Origin: an uncultured Bacteroidota bacterium
GTDB lineage: Bacteria > Bacteroidota > Ignavibacteria > UBA10030 > UBA6906
DNA: 64,000 nucleotides
Direction: 5' to 3'
Assembly: GCA_963700635.1 (NCBI GenBank)
Contig: CAVOYH010000003.1
Location: forward strand, 1,632,001-1,696,000
The position numbers and the translations under genes are program-made. The notes beneath the pieces were generated by a model. That model was not told the origin of the DNA and ran no database searches. It saw only the letters and a list, made by a program, of their open reading frames with translations. Every line of letters starts with the position of its first letter. Position 1 is the first letter of the stretch. This document shows, piece after piece, positions 22,095 to 32,551 of this stretch.

Positions 22095-25000
22095 ATGAGA
22101 AAGATGCTGTTCGGAACACTTCCGAGGGTGCTGGTCGTTCTTCTGGGAGTGGCAGTCTCCTTCGCGGTCGCGAAAGAGGACCCTGCCAATCCGCCGAAGA
22201 GTGACAATGCCCTCGCCAAAATTTCCGGTTCACCGCTGGCACGGCCGCTCAACATCAACAACTTCGTTACCTGGATGAAGGCGACCGGACAGGGGAACTG
22301 GACCACCACCAACAAAGACGGTGGCTTTTATCCACGCGGCACCACCTGGGTGATCTACCAGGATGGCTTCGAATACGGTGGAAGAGCTTATGTCGATGCC
22401 GCAAAGACCCAGCCCGCACCGAATCAGGACCTGCGCGTCAATGGTCAGTCGTACAACGTCGGCACGCGTGAAGGGCGTATCATCGGCACAGGCGCAGCTG
22501 CTGTCCGCGCCACCCCGTCCGATGCGGATGTGCGGATGTACCGCATCCGTCGCGACTACCTGCAGATGGGTTCCGACGAGCTCCGTCGGGATGCAGCGGA
22601 AGTCAATGAAATATTGACGGCCGATGTCACCGATGCCCAAATGGCAGCGATCACCGCGCAGTACGCGAAAGACTGGGACGAGTGGCCGATTGCCTACGGC
22701 GCGCCCCATGTCGAGCGCAACGGTGTTCCCGGCTTTCAGAAGCCGCCCGCGTTCAACTACGACAACAATGCCGGTCCGCTCTTCACGACCGACAGTCTGA
22801 TTGCGCGGAAGCTGGACGAGCCCGGCATTGCCGGCGCGGATCCGAATTCCCCCGCCGACCAGGTGATGTGGACGGTATTCAATGACCTCGACCCGGTGGC
22901 GTCCCAGGCGTTGTGGGGATCCGATGGTATGGGTCTTGAATTCCAGTGCACCATCTGGGGGTACAAGCGGGCCGATGCTCTCGGCAACCTGTACTTCAAG
23001 AAGTACCGTATCATCAACAAAGGCGGCGTCGATGTCGGGGGCGGCGCAAAAGGATCGTACTACATCGACAGTCTCTATTTCTGCCAGTGGTCCGATCCTG
23101 ACCTCGGCGGATCGGGAGACGACCTGACGGGATGCGATTCGACGATGAGCATCGGGTTCATCTACAACGGCCAGGCCATTGACTCCGAGTACAAGAAGTT
23201 CGGCATTCCGCCACCCGCGGCTGCCTACGACTTCCTGCAGGGTCCGATCGTCCCGTCACCGGGCGATTCGGCTGTGTTCGACCTGAAGATCCGGCACGGG
23301 TACAAGAACCTTCCGATGACGGGGTTTGCCTACTTCTCGGCAGGCAGCCCGATCAGCGATCCCCCATTCACCTATGAGGGGGCAAAACGCTGGTACCGGA
23401 TGCTGCAGGGATATGTGCCTGACGCTTCCACCGCATCGTTGCGTAAATTCCCCCATCCACCGGGAGTGACGGAGACGTTCTTCCCGCTTTCGGGTGACCC
23501 CGTCACGCAGACAGGGTTTGTGGATGGTCTGGGGACGGATTATTCGCTCGCCCCCGGCGACCGGCGATTGTTGCTCATGTCCGGCCCGGTGACGATGGCC
23601 CCCGGCGATACCCAGGAAGTCGTGGTCGGCGTTGTGGCCGGTCTCGGCTCCGACCGTCTCTCCTCCGTGGCGGTCATGAAGTTCAACGATGAGTTCGTGC
23701 AGAATACCTACAACGCTGTCTTTGCCGTTCCGAAAGCCCCTCCGCAGCCCGACGTAAAGATCGCCGAGCTCGACGAGAAGGTGGTTCTCGAATGGTCTTC
23801 GAACGAGCAGCGTGTGAAGGATATCGAGGAGGTCGTCAGCCAGCCCGGCGACTACATGTTCGAAGGATACAACGTGTATCAGCTGGCCAGCGCAGGCACG
23901 GCGCTCAAGGATGCGAAGCGGATTGCGACGTTTGATCTGCCGAGCGATCCGACGGTGATCCTCGACCGTCAGTTTAACATCGCGACGGGCCTTGTGCTTT
24001 CGGTCCCGATCCAGTTCGGCTCGAACAGCGGCGTGAAGCGGCAGTTCGTGCTGGACAAGGACTATGTCAAGGACGTCAATAAACTGTACAACGGCTCCAC
24101 ATATTTCGTGGCCGTTACTGCCTACGCGTATTCGCACACTGGATTCACGCCGACAGCTCTTGAGTCGTCGCCGATCGTCTACTCCGTCACGCCGCAGGGT
24201 CCGAAACCGGGCACGCGGTACACGTCCTCGTACGGCGACACCGTGAAAGGCGTGGTGCAGGTGGTCGCGGCTGGCGGTTCCACGAGCGAAGGCAACGTGT
24301 TTCCGATCGTCGTTGACCCGACGAAACTCACCGGCCATTCGTACAAAGTCACATTCAAGATGGATGCCGGCGGAAATACGCTGTGGGATCTGACTGACGT
24401 AACAGCCGGCCAGGTGAAACTGGCCAATCAGACCAACCAGAGTGGCGACGAGAACTATACGATCGTTGACGGCATGCTGGTGAAGGTCACCGGCCCCTCG
24501 ACACCCGGAATGAAGGACTAGTCCATCCCGTTCAGGCACGCGTCGTTGGTCTGGGCGAATGCTGTTTGGGGTGCAGAGGGCTTCAACGGGGCGATCGGAA
24601 ATGCGTACGACCAGTGGTTCTCGGGTTCAACCGGTGACCTACGACAAACTCCGAAACGTGCTGCTCAAGTTGGCCGGGACGGATGCGCACGGTGTCGTCA
24701 CCGATCCGAACGATCCTGACTTCTCGTTCGGGTACAGGTACATGCGCGGGGCGACTGCGGCTCCGGCAAAGCCGGAATTTGCGCCGTTTATTATCAACGC
24801 GACGAGCGGATATGCGTTCCAGGAATACGAGAAGAATATGCCGATCGCGGCATACAACGTTGAGACCACGCCTCCCACCCGTCTCATGATGGGATTCCTG
24901 GAGAACAACGCGGCCGGCGGTTTGGTCAACGGGCAGTACTACCCCGGCTTGACAAGGTCTTCCGACGGACAACATCGGCGGTGCGGGTCCGCGGGAGTGG

Positions 25001-25558
25001 CTGCTTCATTTTTGATGTACCGTACAGCGAAACGGTCCTGATCCGTCACTGGCGGTCGACATTCTGAACACCACGCTCCCCGTCATGTGGTTCCTGACCG
25101 TCAATCGCAGAGATGCCGATGCGTACGGCGCGAATGACGAGTTCCTGATTCTTGCGAACCATCTGAACACCACGTCCAACTCCTTCACCTTCACAGCGCC
25201 AGCCACCACCAGTGGCGACCAGACGCTGGCGAAGCAGGATGTGGGCAAGGTGGGTGTGTTCCCGAACCCGTACTATGCATTCAACCCGCAGGAAACGAGC
25301 CGCCAGGCCAAGTTCGTCACGTTTAACAAGCTTCCGGCGAAGGCTACGGTCCGTATCTTCAATCTTGCAGGACAGCTCGTACGCGTGCTCGAGAAAGACG
25401 ATGCCTCCCAGTTCCTGCGTTGGGATCTGCGTAACCGCGACAACTTCCCGGTATCCAGCGGCATGTACATCGTGCATGTCGACATGCCGGACCTTGGCGC
25501 TACCAAGGTGCTGAAGATGGCGGTTATCCAGGAACAGGAAGTGCCAGACGTATTCTAA
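22095..25558 (+). CDS. Large secreted protein (~1150 aa) with T9SS-like/FlgD-Ig C-terminal sorting domain; interrupted by TAG at 24519-24521 and indels 24.5-25.05 kb (probably errors)
   Basis: Signal peptide; protein-like reading continues past TAG (WANAVWGAEGFNGAIG); C-terminus VFPNPY...TFNKLPAKATVRIFNLAGQLVRVL...WDLRN...SSGMYIVHV...KVLKMAVI. Confidence 0.75.
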
Positions 25559-25589
25559 ACGATCACGACGTACAATAGGAGAAATGAGC

Positions 25590-26642
25590 ATGAAAAGCAG
25601 ACTTCTGATGGGAGCTGTGCTGCTCTGTGTGTCGCTGGTTATGGCGTTCGGCACCTCTTTCGCCCAGAACCAGAGGACCGGCACGGCAGCTGCGACGGAG
25701 CTCCTGATCCCAATCGGCGCACGTGACCTTGCACTCGGGGGTTCCACAATTGCGAACTCCACGGGTGTCGAGGCAATCTACTGGAACCCTGCGGGGCTCG
25801 GCCGCGTCGGCCATTCCGCAGAGGCAATGTTCTCAACAATGTCCTATATCGCTGATATCCAGGTGAACTACGGCGCAGTGGCCGCAAAGTTCGGGGAGTT
25901 CGGCGTGATGGGACTCAGCATCAAGTCGCTGGACTTTGGCGACATTCCCCTGACCACCGTGGAAGATCCGGAGGGAACAGGCGGCAGACTGTACAGCCCG
26001 ACGTATGTGACACTGGGCTTGACCTACGGCCGCGCCCTGACGGATGCCATTTCGGCAGGAGCCACCGCGAAGCTGGTCACGGAGACCATTGACCGCGTCT
26101 CCGCCAGTGCCTTTGCGTTCGACGTCGGCCTGCAGTACGACGGCCTCGTGGGCGTGAACGGCCTGCAGCTCGGCATCACGGTCAAGAACATCGGTCCGCA
26201 GGTCAAGTACGACGGCGGCGGGCTGTATCGTTCGGCAATCTCGACGGAGGGCGATCGCCCCGAACAGCGGTATAAGGTCGAAGCGGCAGCATTCGAACTT
26301 CCATCGTTGATCGAGATCGGCGTTGCCTACGCAGGGAAGGTCCAGGACAACATGATGTACTCCGTGAACGGAGTCTTCATGAATAACAATCTGTACGAAG
26401 ACGAGTACCGCGTTGGCGGCGAGTACGGGATCAAGCTGGACCCCGTCCAGCTGTTCGCCCGTGCCGGATACGCCTTTGTTCCCCAGATCAAGGAGACCAA
26501 AGACCAGATCTTCCGCGCGACGCTCGGCTTCGGATTGATGTATGACATCGGCGGTGGAACCATGCTCTCGCTCGATTTCGCCTACCGGCAGGTCGAGCTG
26601 TTCGATGATAACATTGCCATGTCGCTGAAGGTGGGTTTCTGA
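25590..26642 (+). CDS. PorV/PorQ-family (UPF0164-like) outer-membrane beta-barrel protein
   Basis: Signal peptide; GTAAATELLIPIGARDLALG; AIYWNPAGL; AFDVGLQY; KNIGPQVKY; terminal Phe (LKVGF). Confidence 0.85.
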   Translation: MKSRLLMGAVLLCVSLVMAFGTSFAQNQRTGTAAATELLIPIGARDLALGGSTIANSTGVEAIYWNPAGLGRVGHSAEAMFSTMSYIADIQVNYGAVAAKFGEFGVMGLSIKSLDFGDIPLTTVEDPEGTGGRLYSPTYVTLGLTYGRALTDAISAGATAKLVTETIDRVSASAFAFDVGLQYDGLVGVNGLQLGITVKNIGPQVKYDGGGLYRSAISTEGDRPEQRYKVEAAAFELPSLIEIGVAYAGKVQDNMMYSVNGVFMNNNLYEDEYRVGGEYGIKLDPVQLFARAGYAFVPQIKETKDQIFRATLGFGLMYDIGGGTMLSLDFAYRQVELFDDNIAMSLKVGF

Positions 26643-26683
26643 GAATCGCCGCAGGACTCTGCGGACCACCTCATCGTGTACAG

Positions 26684-26717
26684 AGCCGCCCCCTCTCCGA
26701 GGGGGCGGCTTTTTTTT
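26684..26717 (+). terminator. Rho-independent terminator ending the TBDR operon
   Basis: AGCCGCCCCCT-CTCCG-AGGGGGCGGCT followed by T run. Confidence 0.9.
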
Positions 26718-26746
26718 GATCTCCCGGCTTACTACATTAGTAGACT

Positions 26747-29089
26747 ATGAAAAACCTCATTCTTGTCCTTTCTGTCCTCCTGACCACCGGGCCGGTGCTG
26801 AAGGGTTCTCCGACCCTGACACCGGATACCGGGGCCGTAGCCCTTCACCAGCGTGCCCTCGAGCTGCAGAATCGCCTGAGGGTCATGATGGTATCCCTCC
26901 GGCCGGGCGACGAAGACGTTGGAACGCTGGCCGCCCTTCGCCTGGGGTCGGGTGCCCATGTCTTGACCGTGTTTGTGACAAACGGCGAGGCCGGATTCCC
27001 GGACCATTATGGGGTCCCCCCTCCCACTCTTGCCGCACTGAGGCGCAACGAATCGGCCGCCGCTCTCAGCCGGCTCGAAGCGGACATGCATTTCTTGAAC
27101 ATGGCCGATCCGGGAAATATAGCGGATACGGCGCGCGTGCGGCGACTCTGGGCCGCCGATTCGCTGCGGGAGAAGTTCGCCGCTCTGATGCGCCTGTTCC
27201 GGCCATCGATCGTGATTCTGACACGCGATGCTGATGCCGGAGCGCAGAGTCCGCTGTGGCAATTCACCCGGTCCATCCTGCTCGAAGAGTTTTCCTCCCC
27301 GCCGGTTCGGAAATCCGATGGCCGCAGAGTAACACCTGCAGATCCTGGCGCCTGGCACCCTGAGAGATTCTGGGTGGATGATGGGTCGGGGAAGGGAGTG
27401 AGTATGGGCGTCCCGATGATGCACGCAGCGAGGGGCCGCCGGTACAGGGATATTGTGGCAGACCTTGACACACTGTATGTGGTGCAGCGGATGCAACGGA
27501 ACGCACGGAAAACGCCTCCGGCATACACACTTGCGGGTCAGACGGGGCGTAAGAGGCCGCGGACACTTACGGACGGCATTGTTCCGGGCGTCCCACGAGC
27601 ACTGAGAGGGCTTGAGCGCGTGGTACGGACGTTCGGCGAAGATGTCCAGAACCGGCGTGCCTCCCGCTCAGCCCTTCAGGAACGGATGGTGGCTGTGATG
27701 GATTCAGTGGATCGTGCCATCGGGACTACGGCCGATCGCACGGGGGAGGCGATGCGGGTCCTGATCGATTGGAAAGGGACTCTGGAGCTTCTCCGGAATG
27801 CGCTTCTGGGCGTGACCGTCCGATATACCCTCACAGAGGACATCCTGACCCCCCGACAGATCACATTCGTTCGCATCGATGAAGTGACCGGCCGCGGGGA
27901 AGGGGGGGCAACTGAAGTGTATTTCCCCTCTGTCGAACGAGGGTGGGTATTGAATGAGGGGCTGAAAATACGACTCCCTCTTGAAGTGCCAGCGGAATAC
28001 CGCCTCCTAACCCCGGAGCAGGTCGACTTCGATCTTCCGTGGGAGGAGTACAATCTCCGCCGGCCCGTGCCTGTGCGCCCTGTCATGTTGTTTCTCCTGC
28101 ACCGGGGACGCACACGGAACGAGAGCTTCGTCTACCGTATCCCGCTCCAGATCCGCTACGCGCCGCGATTCACGGCAGAGGTCCTGACGCCAATCGTCCG
28201 GTGTATTCCCGGTGAATTCATCTGCGTCCGCTTGACGAACCATAGCCGGGACGGCGTGCGTGATGTGCTGACCGTTCGGGACTCGCTGGTCAACGCGACA
28301 GGAACTACGTTCAGGTTGAACACCAAAGACGAGTCAATCATTGACACCCTTCGGCTCGCCTGGAGCGACTCTCTTGACGATGGCATGTACCTGTTTCCCA
28401 TTACGATTGCCGGTATAGAGATGGGGCGCTTCGGGGCGCGACGCTTCACCTCGGCCGTCGACACAACCAAACGCGTGGCCCTTCTCACCACGCTCGAAGC
28501 GAGCCCGACAGCGGATGCGTTGCGGAGGCTGGGCCTTTCACGGCTGACGCTTTTTCATGAGCCCGAGCGTGTTGTTGAGAACGCCGGCGCGATCGATGTC
28601 TTGATGCTCGATCGCCGTCTTTCCTTGTTGCTGGGACAGGCGGCGGCAGTCAGAAAGGCCATCTCGGCGGTTTCTGGAAATGGGGGGCACGTGATTATCC
28701 TGGGACAGGATGCCGCCTCGTGGAACAGCGATCCTCTCTGGGACGCGCTGACATTGACGCGTGATCCGTCGCTCGCGCCCGACACCCCTCTCGACCTGGA
28801 TTCACTCCATCCGTTTGTGTCACGGCCGAACGCCGTACGGGAAGATGCCTTCAGAGAATGGGTGTTCGGAGTTGGTACGCATAGAGTTGCGCTCCGTCCT
28901 GCCCAGGGCATGGAGGTTCCCGTCAGGGCCTCCGGAGACCGTCCGCTCGTCGTGACCGCGCCGTTCGGAGAAGGGCAGATCACCTACGTGGATCTCTGGC
29001 TTGAGCCGCAATGGATGAGCATCCATCCGGGCGCATTCAGACTGCTGGCCAATCTTGTCTCCTTTACCCCGGGAGAAGACGGAAAATGA
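26747..29089 (+). CDS. Exported PIG-L/LmbE-family deacetylase-like multidomain protein (degenerate metal motif)
   Basis: Signal peptide; LRVMMVSLRPGDED, VTNGEAG, LRRNESAAA, RLFRPSIVILT resemble PIG-L; C-terminal GAFRLLANLVS. Confidence 0.65.
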   Translation: MKNLILVLSVLLTTGPVLKGSPTLTPDTGAVALHQRALELQNRLRVMMVSLRPGDEDVGTLAALRLGSGAHVLTVFVTNGEAGFPDHYGVPPPTLAALRRNESAAALSRLEADMHFLNMADPGNIADTARVRRLWAADSLREKFAALMRLFRPSIVILTRDADAGAQSPLWQFTRSILLEEFSSPPVRKSDGRRVTPADPGAWHPERFWVDDGSGKGVSMGVPMMHAARGRRYRDIVADLDTLYVVQRMQRNARKTPPAYTLAGQTGRKRPRTLTDGIVPGVPRALRGLERVVRTFGEDVQNRRASRSALQERMVAVMDSVDRAIGTTADRTGEAMRVLIDWKGTLELLRNALLGVTVRYTLTEDILTPRQITFVRIDEVTGRGEGGATEVYFPSVERGWVLNEGLKIRLPLEVPAEYRLLTPEQVDFDLPWEEYNLRRPVPVRPVMLFLLHRGRTRNESFVYRIPLQIRYAPRFTAEVLTPIVRCIPGEFICVRLTNHSRDGVRDVLTVRDSLVNATGTTFRLNTKDESIIDTLRLAWSDSLDDGMYLFPITIAGIEMGRFGARRFTSAVDTTKRVALLTTLEASPTADALRRLGLSRLTLFHEPERVVENAGAIDVLMLDRRLSLLLGQAAAVRKAISAVSGNGGHVIILGQDAASWNSDPLWDALTLTRDPSLAPDTPLDLDSLHPFVSRPNAVREDAFREWVFGVGTHRVALRPAQGMEVPVRASGDRPLVVTAPFGEGQITYVDLWLEPQWMSIHPGAFRLLANLVSFTPGEDGK

Positions 29090-29991
29090 TCCGCCTTGCG
29101 CTGACGCTCAGTGCGCTGTTTCCCCTCCTGATGTCCGGTGTATCGGGCCCTGTACGGCAAGAGCGACCGCCGATTCCCATCACCGGAACTCGCCTCGACG
29201 TGGATGTCAACGGCAACATTTTCGTGCTGGATGCGGACCGCTGTACCGTGACACTGTATGATCGGGAATACCGCCGGTTGACGGTCACCGGCGGCCCGGG
29301 GTGGGAGGCGGGACAGTTTGACCGTCCGGCAGGGATATGGGCACGCAACGGTCTCGACGTGTTCATCGCGGATTTCGGTAATCATCGCATTCAGCGGTTC
29401 GATCGTACGCTCAGCTTCGTCTCCCAGCTGGAAACGCGCGATGCAGATTTGCGTTCGGGGAGTTTTGGGTATCCCACCGACGTTGCGCTATCGCGACAGG
29501 GGACCCTCTATCTCTGCGACTCGGAAAACAATCGCATGGTCCTTGTCGAAGGAGGAAACCGGATAGCCTCGACGTTTGGCGGTATCGGTGCCGGGCATGG
29601 ACGCCTCCGTGAGCCGACGCAGGTCGAGATCGGACCCCACGACTGGGTGTACGTTCTTGATGCGCCGCGCGTGGTGGTGTTCGACAGTTTCGGGAACTAC
29701 CTTGCGACATTACCGGAGGTACCCCCCCTTCGGCCAGCGTTTCTCGTTGCAGATGACCGCGGTGCGCTGGTGCTCGATCAAACGACGCTGGTGTGCTTCG
29801 ATGAGACCCATACGCCACGGCTCATCCGCCCGGTTCAGGATGTTCTCGGGGCCTCGACGGATGAGATCCGGGGGGTCTGCTCGATGGGGGGAATGTTGTA
29901 TGTTCTGACAGAGGCCGGCCTGATCGTGGTACCCGACCCACGGACCGCCGGCCTGCAGGACGCAGTTGAGAAAGAGTCGAAATTTCACTAG
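29086..29991 (+). CDS. NHL-repeat beta-propeller protein
   Basis: GQFDRPAGIW..VFIADFGNHRIQRFD; YPTDVAL..LYLCDSENNRM; ATGA overlap with upstream gene. Confidence 0.85.
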   Translation: MIRLALTLSALFPLLMSGVSGPVRQERPPIPITGTRLDVDVNGNIFVLDADRCTVTLYDREYRRLTVTGGPGWEAGQFDRPAGIWARNGLDVFIADFGNHRIQRFDRTLSFVSQLETRDADLRSGSFGYPTDVALSRQGTLYLCDSENNRMVLVEGGNRIASTFGGIGAGHGRLREPTQVEIGPHDWVYVLDAPRVVVFDSFGNYLATLPEVPPLRPAFLVADDRGALVLDQTTLVCFDETHTPRLIRPVQDVLGASTDEIRGVCSMGGMLYVLTEAGLIVVPDPRTAGLQDAVEKESKFH

Positions 29992-30024
29992 GATGAATGC
30001 ACTCTCGCGAAAGGAACAGGTATC

Positions 30025-30447
30025 ATGGCAAAAAGTCTGAACAAGGTTATGCTGATCGGCAATCTCGGGAAAGATCCGGAGCTGCGCTACACCAGCGGGG
30101 GTTCTCCGGTCGCGACATTTTCTGTTGCCACAAATGAAAGCTGGAAAGACCAGGAAGGTGCGCTCCAGGAGCGGACAGAGTGGCACAATATCGTCGCATG
30201 GTCCAAGCTGGCGGAAATCTGTCAGCAGTACCTCAAGAAAGGGCGGCGTGTCTATATCGAAGGTCGTATCCAGACGAGGAGTTACGACGATAAGAACACC
30301 GGTGCAAAGAAGTATATTACCGAGATCGTTGCCGGGAACATGATCATGCTTGATCCGAAGGAAGCTGGTGAGGGTAGGGAGGCCTTTGTGCCGGGTGATG
30401 CCCCCCCGGCGGGTTCTGAGACGGCCAAGGACGATCTCCCATTCTAG
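30025..30447 (+). CDS. ssb: Single-stranded DNA-binding protein
   Basis: [20 protein letters not shown]; TEWHNIV; C-terminal DDLPF. Confidence 0.97.
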   Translation: MAKSLNKVMLIGNLGKDPELRYTSGGSPVATFSVATNESWKDQEGALQERTEWHNIVAWSKLAEICQQYLKKGRRVYIEGRIQTRSYDDKNTGAKKYITEIVAGNMIMLDPKEAGEGREAFVPGDAPPAGSETAKDDLPF

Positions 30448-30453
30448 GCCTTG

Positions 30454-30615
30454 TTATCCACATTGTTATCCACAGCATTATCCACACCCACCGACATGGT
30501 GAAATGATGGGCGTGTGCATAAGGTGTTGACAAATAACGAATTAGCGGGATGGCTGGAAGACTGTCCAGCTATCCACACCCGGCATCCGATGCTGTTGGC
30601 AAGTGGTGTGGATTA
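30454..30615. promoter_or_regulatory. DnaA-box cluster (6 boxes)
   Basis: TTATCCACA at 30454, 30466 and 30478; reverse TTATGCACA at 30514-30522; 1-mismatch boxes at 30570-30578 (+) and 30607-30615 (-). Confidence 0.8.
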
Positions 30616-30629
30616 CCAGAGGGCATGAG

Positions 30630-31775
30630 TTGAAAGCAAAACTCGTACTTGAGAATGGCGTAATGTTTACGGGGGAATCGTTCGGCGCGCCCGGGGAAGT
30701 CTCCGGGGAGGTAGTCTTCAATACAAGCATGTCGGGCTACCAGGAGATCTTCACCGACCCGTCGTACCGGGGCCAGATTGTGACGCTGACGTATCCCCTG
30801 ATCGGCAATTACGGCATCAATGATGATGACCTCGAGTCGGCTGCTCCGCAGGTTGCCGGTGTCATCGTGCGCGAATACACGAAGCAGCACAGCAATTTCC
30901 GGGCGACCGCCTCCCTGGGTGCCTGGCTCGAACGGCACGGCATTCCCGCTATCGAAGGGATCGATACGCGCATGCTGACCCGCCTCATCCGGACCGAAGG
31001 TGCGATGCGTGGGGTGCTCTCAACGGACGATCGTGACGACGATTCTCTGCGGCAGAAGGTCGCGCAGGTTCCGGGGATGAGCGGCCTCGACCTCGCAACC
31101 CGTGTAACCTGTCAGGCTCCGTATTCCTGGGACGCGGAGGACACAACACCGTTTGCATTGGGCGGCATGCAGGGAGGGGACGATGCCTCCCGGTTTCATG
31201 TAGTGGCGTACGACTACGGGATCAAGCGGAACATCCTCCGGCGGCTTGTATCCTCCGGTTGCACGGTCACCGTTGTTCCCGCAACATTTCCGGCGGCCGA
31301 TGTCCTGGCGATGCGCCCAGACGGCGTTTTTCTCTCCAATGGTCCGGGCGATCCGGCACCGGTCACGGTTGCTATCGACAACATCCGTCGGCTTCTTGGT
31401 ACGGTGCCAGTCTTTGGCATTTGTCTTGGCCACCAGCTCCTGGCCCTTGCACTGGGAGGGAAGACCTACAAGCTCAAGTTTGGCCACCGGGGAGGAAACC
31501 ACCCTGTCAAGAACCTGTTGACGGGGGCCATCGAAATCACTTCTCAGAATCACGGCTTCGCCGTCGATCCGGACTCGCTCGATGCAGCGCTCGTGGAGAT
31601 CACGCACCTCAATCTGAATGATGGGACCAACGAAGGACTCCGGCACCGGTCGCTGCCCGCGTTCTCCGTGCAGTATCATCCCGAGGCATCTCCAGGCCCG
31701 CACGACAGCGACTACCTCTTTCGGGAGTTTCGGACACTGATGAGCTCGCGCACCGGTGCCTTCGTCCAGTCCTGA
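30630..31775 (+). CDS. carA: Carbamoyl-phosphate synthase small subunit
   Basis: [22 protein letters not shown]; LSNGPGDP; FGICLGHQ; [14 protein letters not shown]; probable TTG start. Confidence 0.97.
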   Translation: MKAKLVLENGVMFTGESFGAPGEVSGEVVFNTSMSGYQEIFTDPSYRGQIVTLTYPLIGNYGINDDDLESAAPQVAGVIVREYTKQHSNFRATASLGAWLERHGIPAIEGIDTRMLTRLIRTEGAMRGVLSTDDRDDDSLRQKVAQVPGMSGLDLATRVTCQAPYSWDAEDTTPFALGGMQGGDDASRFHVVAYDYGIKRNILRRLVSSGCTVTVVPATFPAADVLAMRPDGVFLSNGPGDPAPVTVAIDNIRRLLGTVPVFGICLGHQLLALALGGKTYKLKFGHRGGNHPVKNLLTGAIEITSQNHGFAVDPDSLDAALVEITHLNLNDGTNEGLRHRSLPAFSVQYHPEASPGPHDSDYLFREFRTLMSSRTGAFVQS

Positions 31776-32550
31776 CGGATCGCTTCCGCACCCCACCGGC
31801 TACCGCGTTCTGCCTGCGGTGTATGACCTCTGGCAGCAATCCTACGGTCAGGACTTCACGAGCCAGATTCTTCCACGGCTCCGTGAGACACTCGTTCGCT
31901 TTCCCGTTCCCGAAAAACGCATGCTCGATGCCGGTTGCGGAACGGGTTCCCTCATTCTCACCATGGCGCAGGAAGGGTGGGAGGGCTGGGGGATTGACGC
32001 CTCAGAAGGGATGATTCAGGAATGCCGTCGGAAACAGAAGACGGCACCGGACCACAGGGCGGAGTTCCTCTGCCAGGATATCCGGACCGTCAACCTCCCG
32101 GTCAGGGTCGGGCTTATTACATCACTCTTCGATGTCTTGAACCACCTGCCGGATCTTCCCGACCTGCGAACCTGCCTGCTGTCATTTCACACAACTCTTC
32201 TTCCCCACGGACTTCTCGTCTTTGACGTCAACAATGTTCTCTGCTATCAACGATTGTGGACACGCGGTGAACGGATCAATCATCCACAATTCGTCCTCGT
32301 CCTTCGCAACCGCTATGAAGAGAAGACACGAACGGCGACCGCCGAAGTTTCGCTGACGCTCCGGAACCGGCCGTCCGGCGGACCCCTCACCGAAACGGTC
32401 ACCGAACGATGCTATTCACCCGATGAGATCTCCGGCCTGCTGGAAGAAACAGGTTTCGACGTGCTCGTGTCGGAGGACTTTGCGTTCGGGACTGCGCCGG
32501 AATTCGGAAAACTCAAGACCTGGTGGGTTGCACGGAAACGCGGAACGTGA
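31756..32550 (+). CDS. Class I SAM-dependent methyltransferase
   Basis: [31 protein letters not shown]. Confidence 0.88.
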   Translation: MPSSSPDGSLPHPTGYRVLPAVYDLWQQSYGQDFTSQILPRLRETLVRFPVPEKRMLDAGCGTGSLILTMAQEGWEGWGIDASEGMIQECRRKQKTAPDHRAEFLCQDIRTVNLPVRVGLITSLFDVLNHLPDLPDLRTCLLSFHTTLLPHGLLVFDVNNVLCYQRLWTRGERINHPQFVLVLRNRYEEKTRTATAEVSLTLRNRPSGGPLTETVTERCYSPDEISGLLEETGFDVLVSEDFAFGTAPEFGKLKTWWVARKRGT

Positions 32551-32551
32551 T

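Noticed and set aside
24519-24521. Amber readthrough, pyrrolysine or alternative genetic code
   Set aside because: TAG is a normal stop elsewhere (rplV, ssb, nuoC), it sits in a local indel cluster, and no pyl genes are seen.
30451-30486. CRISPR array or simple microsatellite
   Set aside because: Units are 12 bp with no spacers, each core is the DnaA box, and no cas genes are present.
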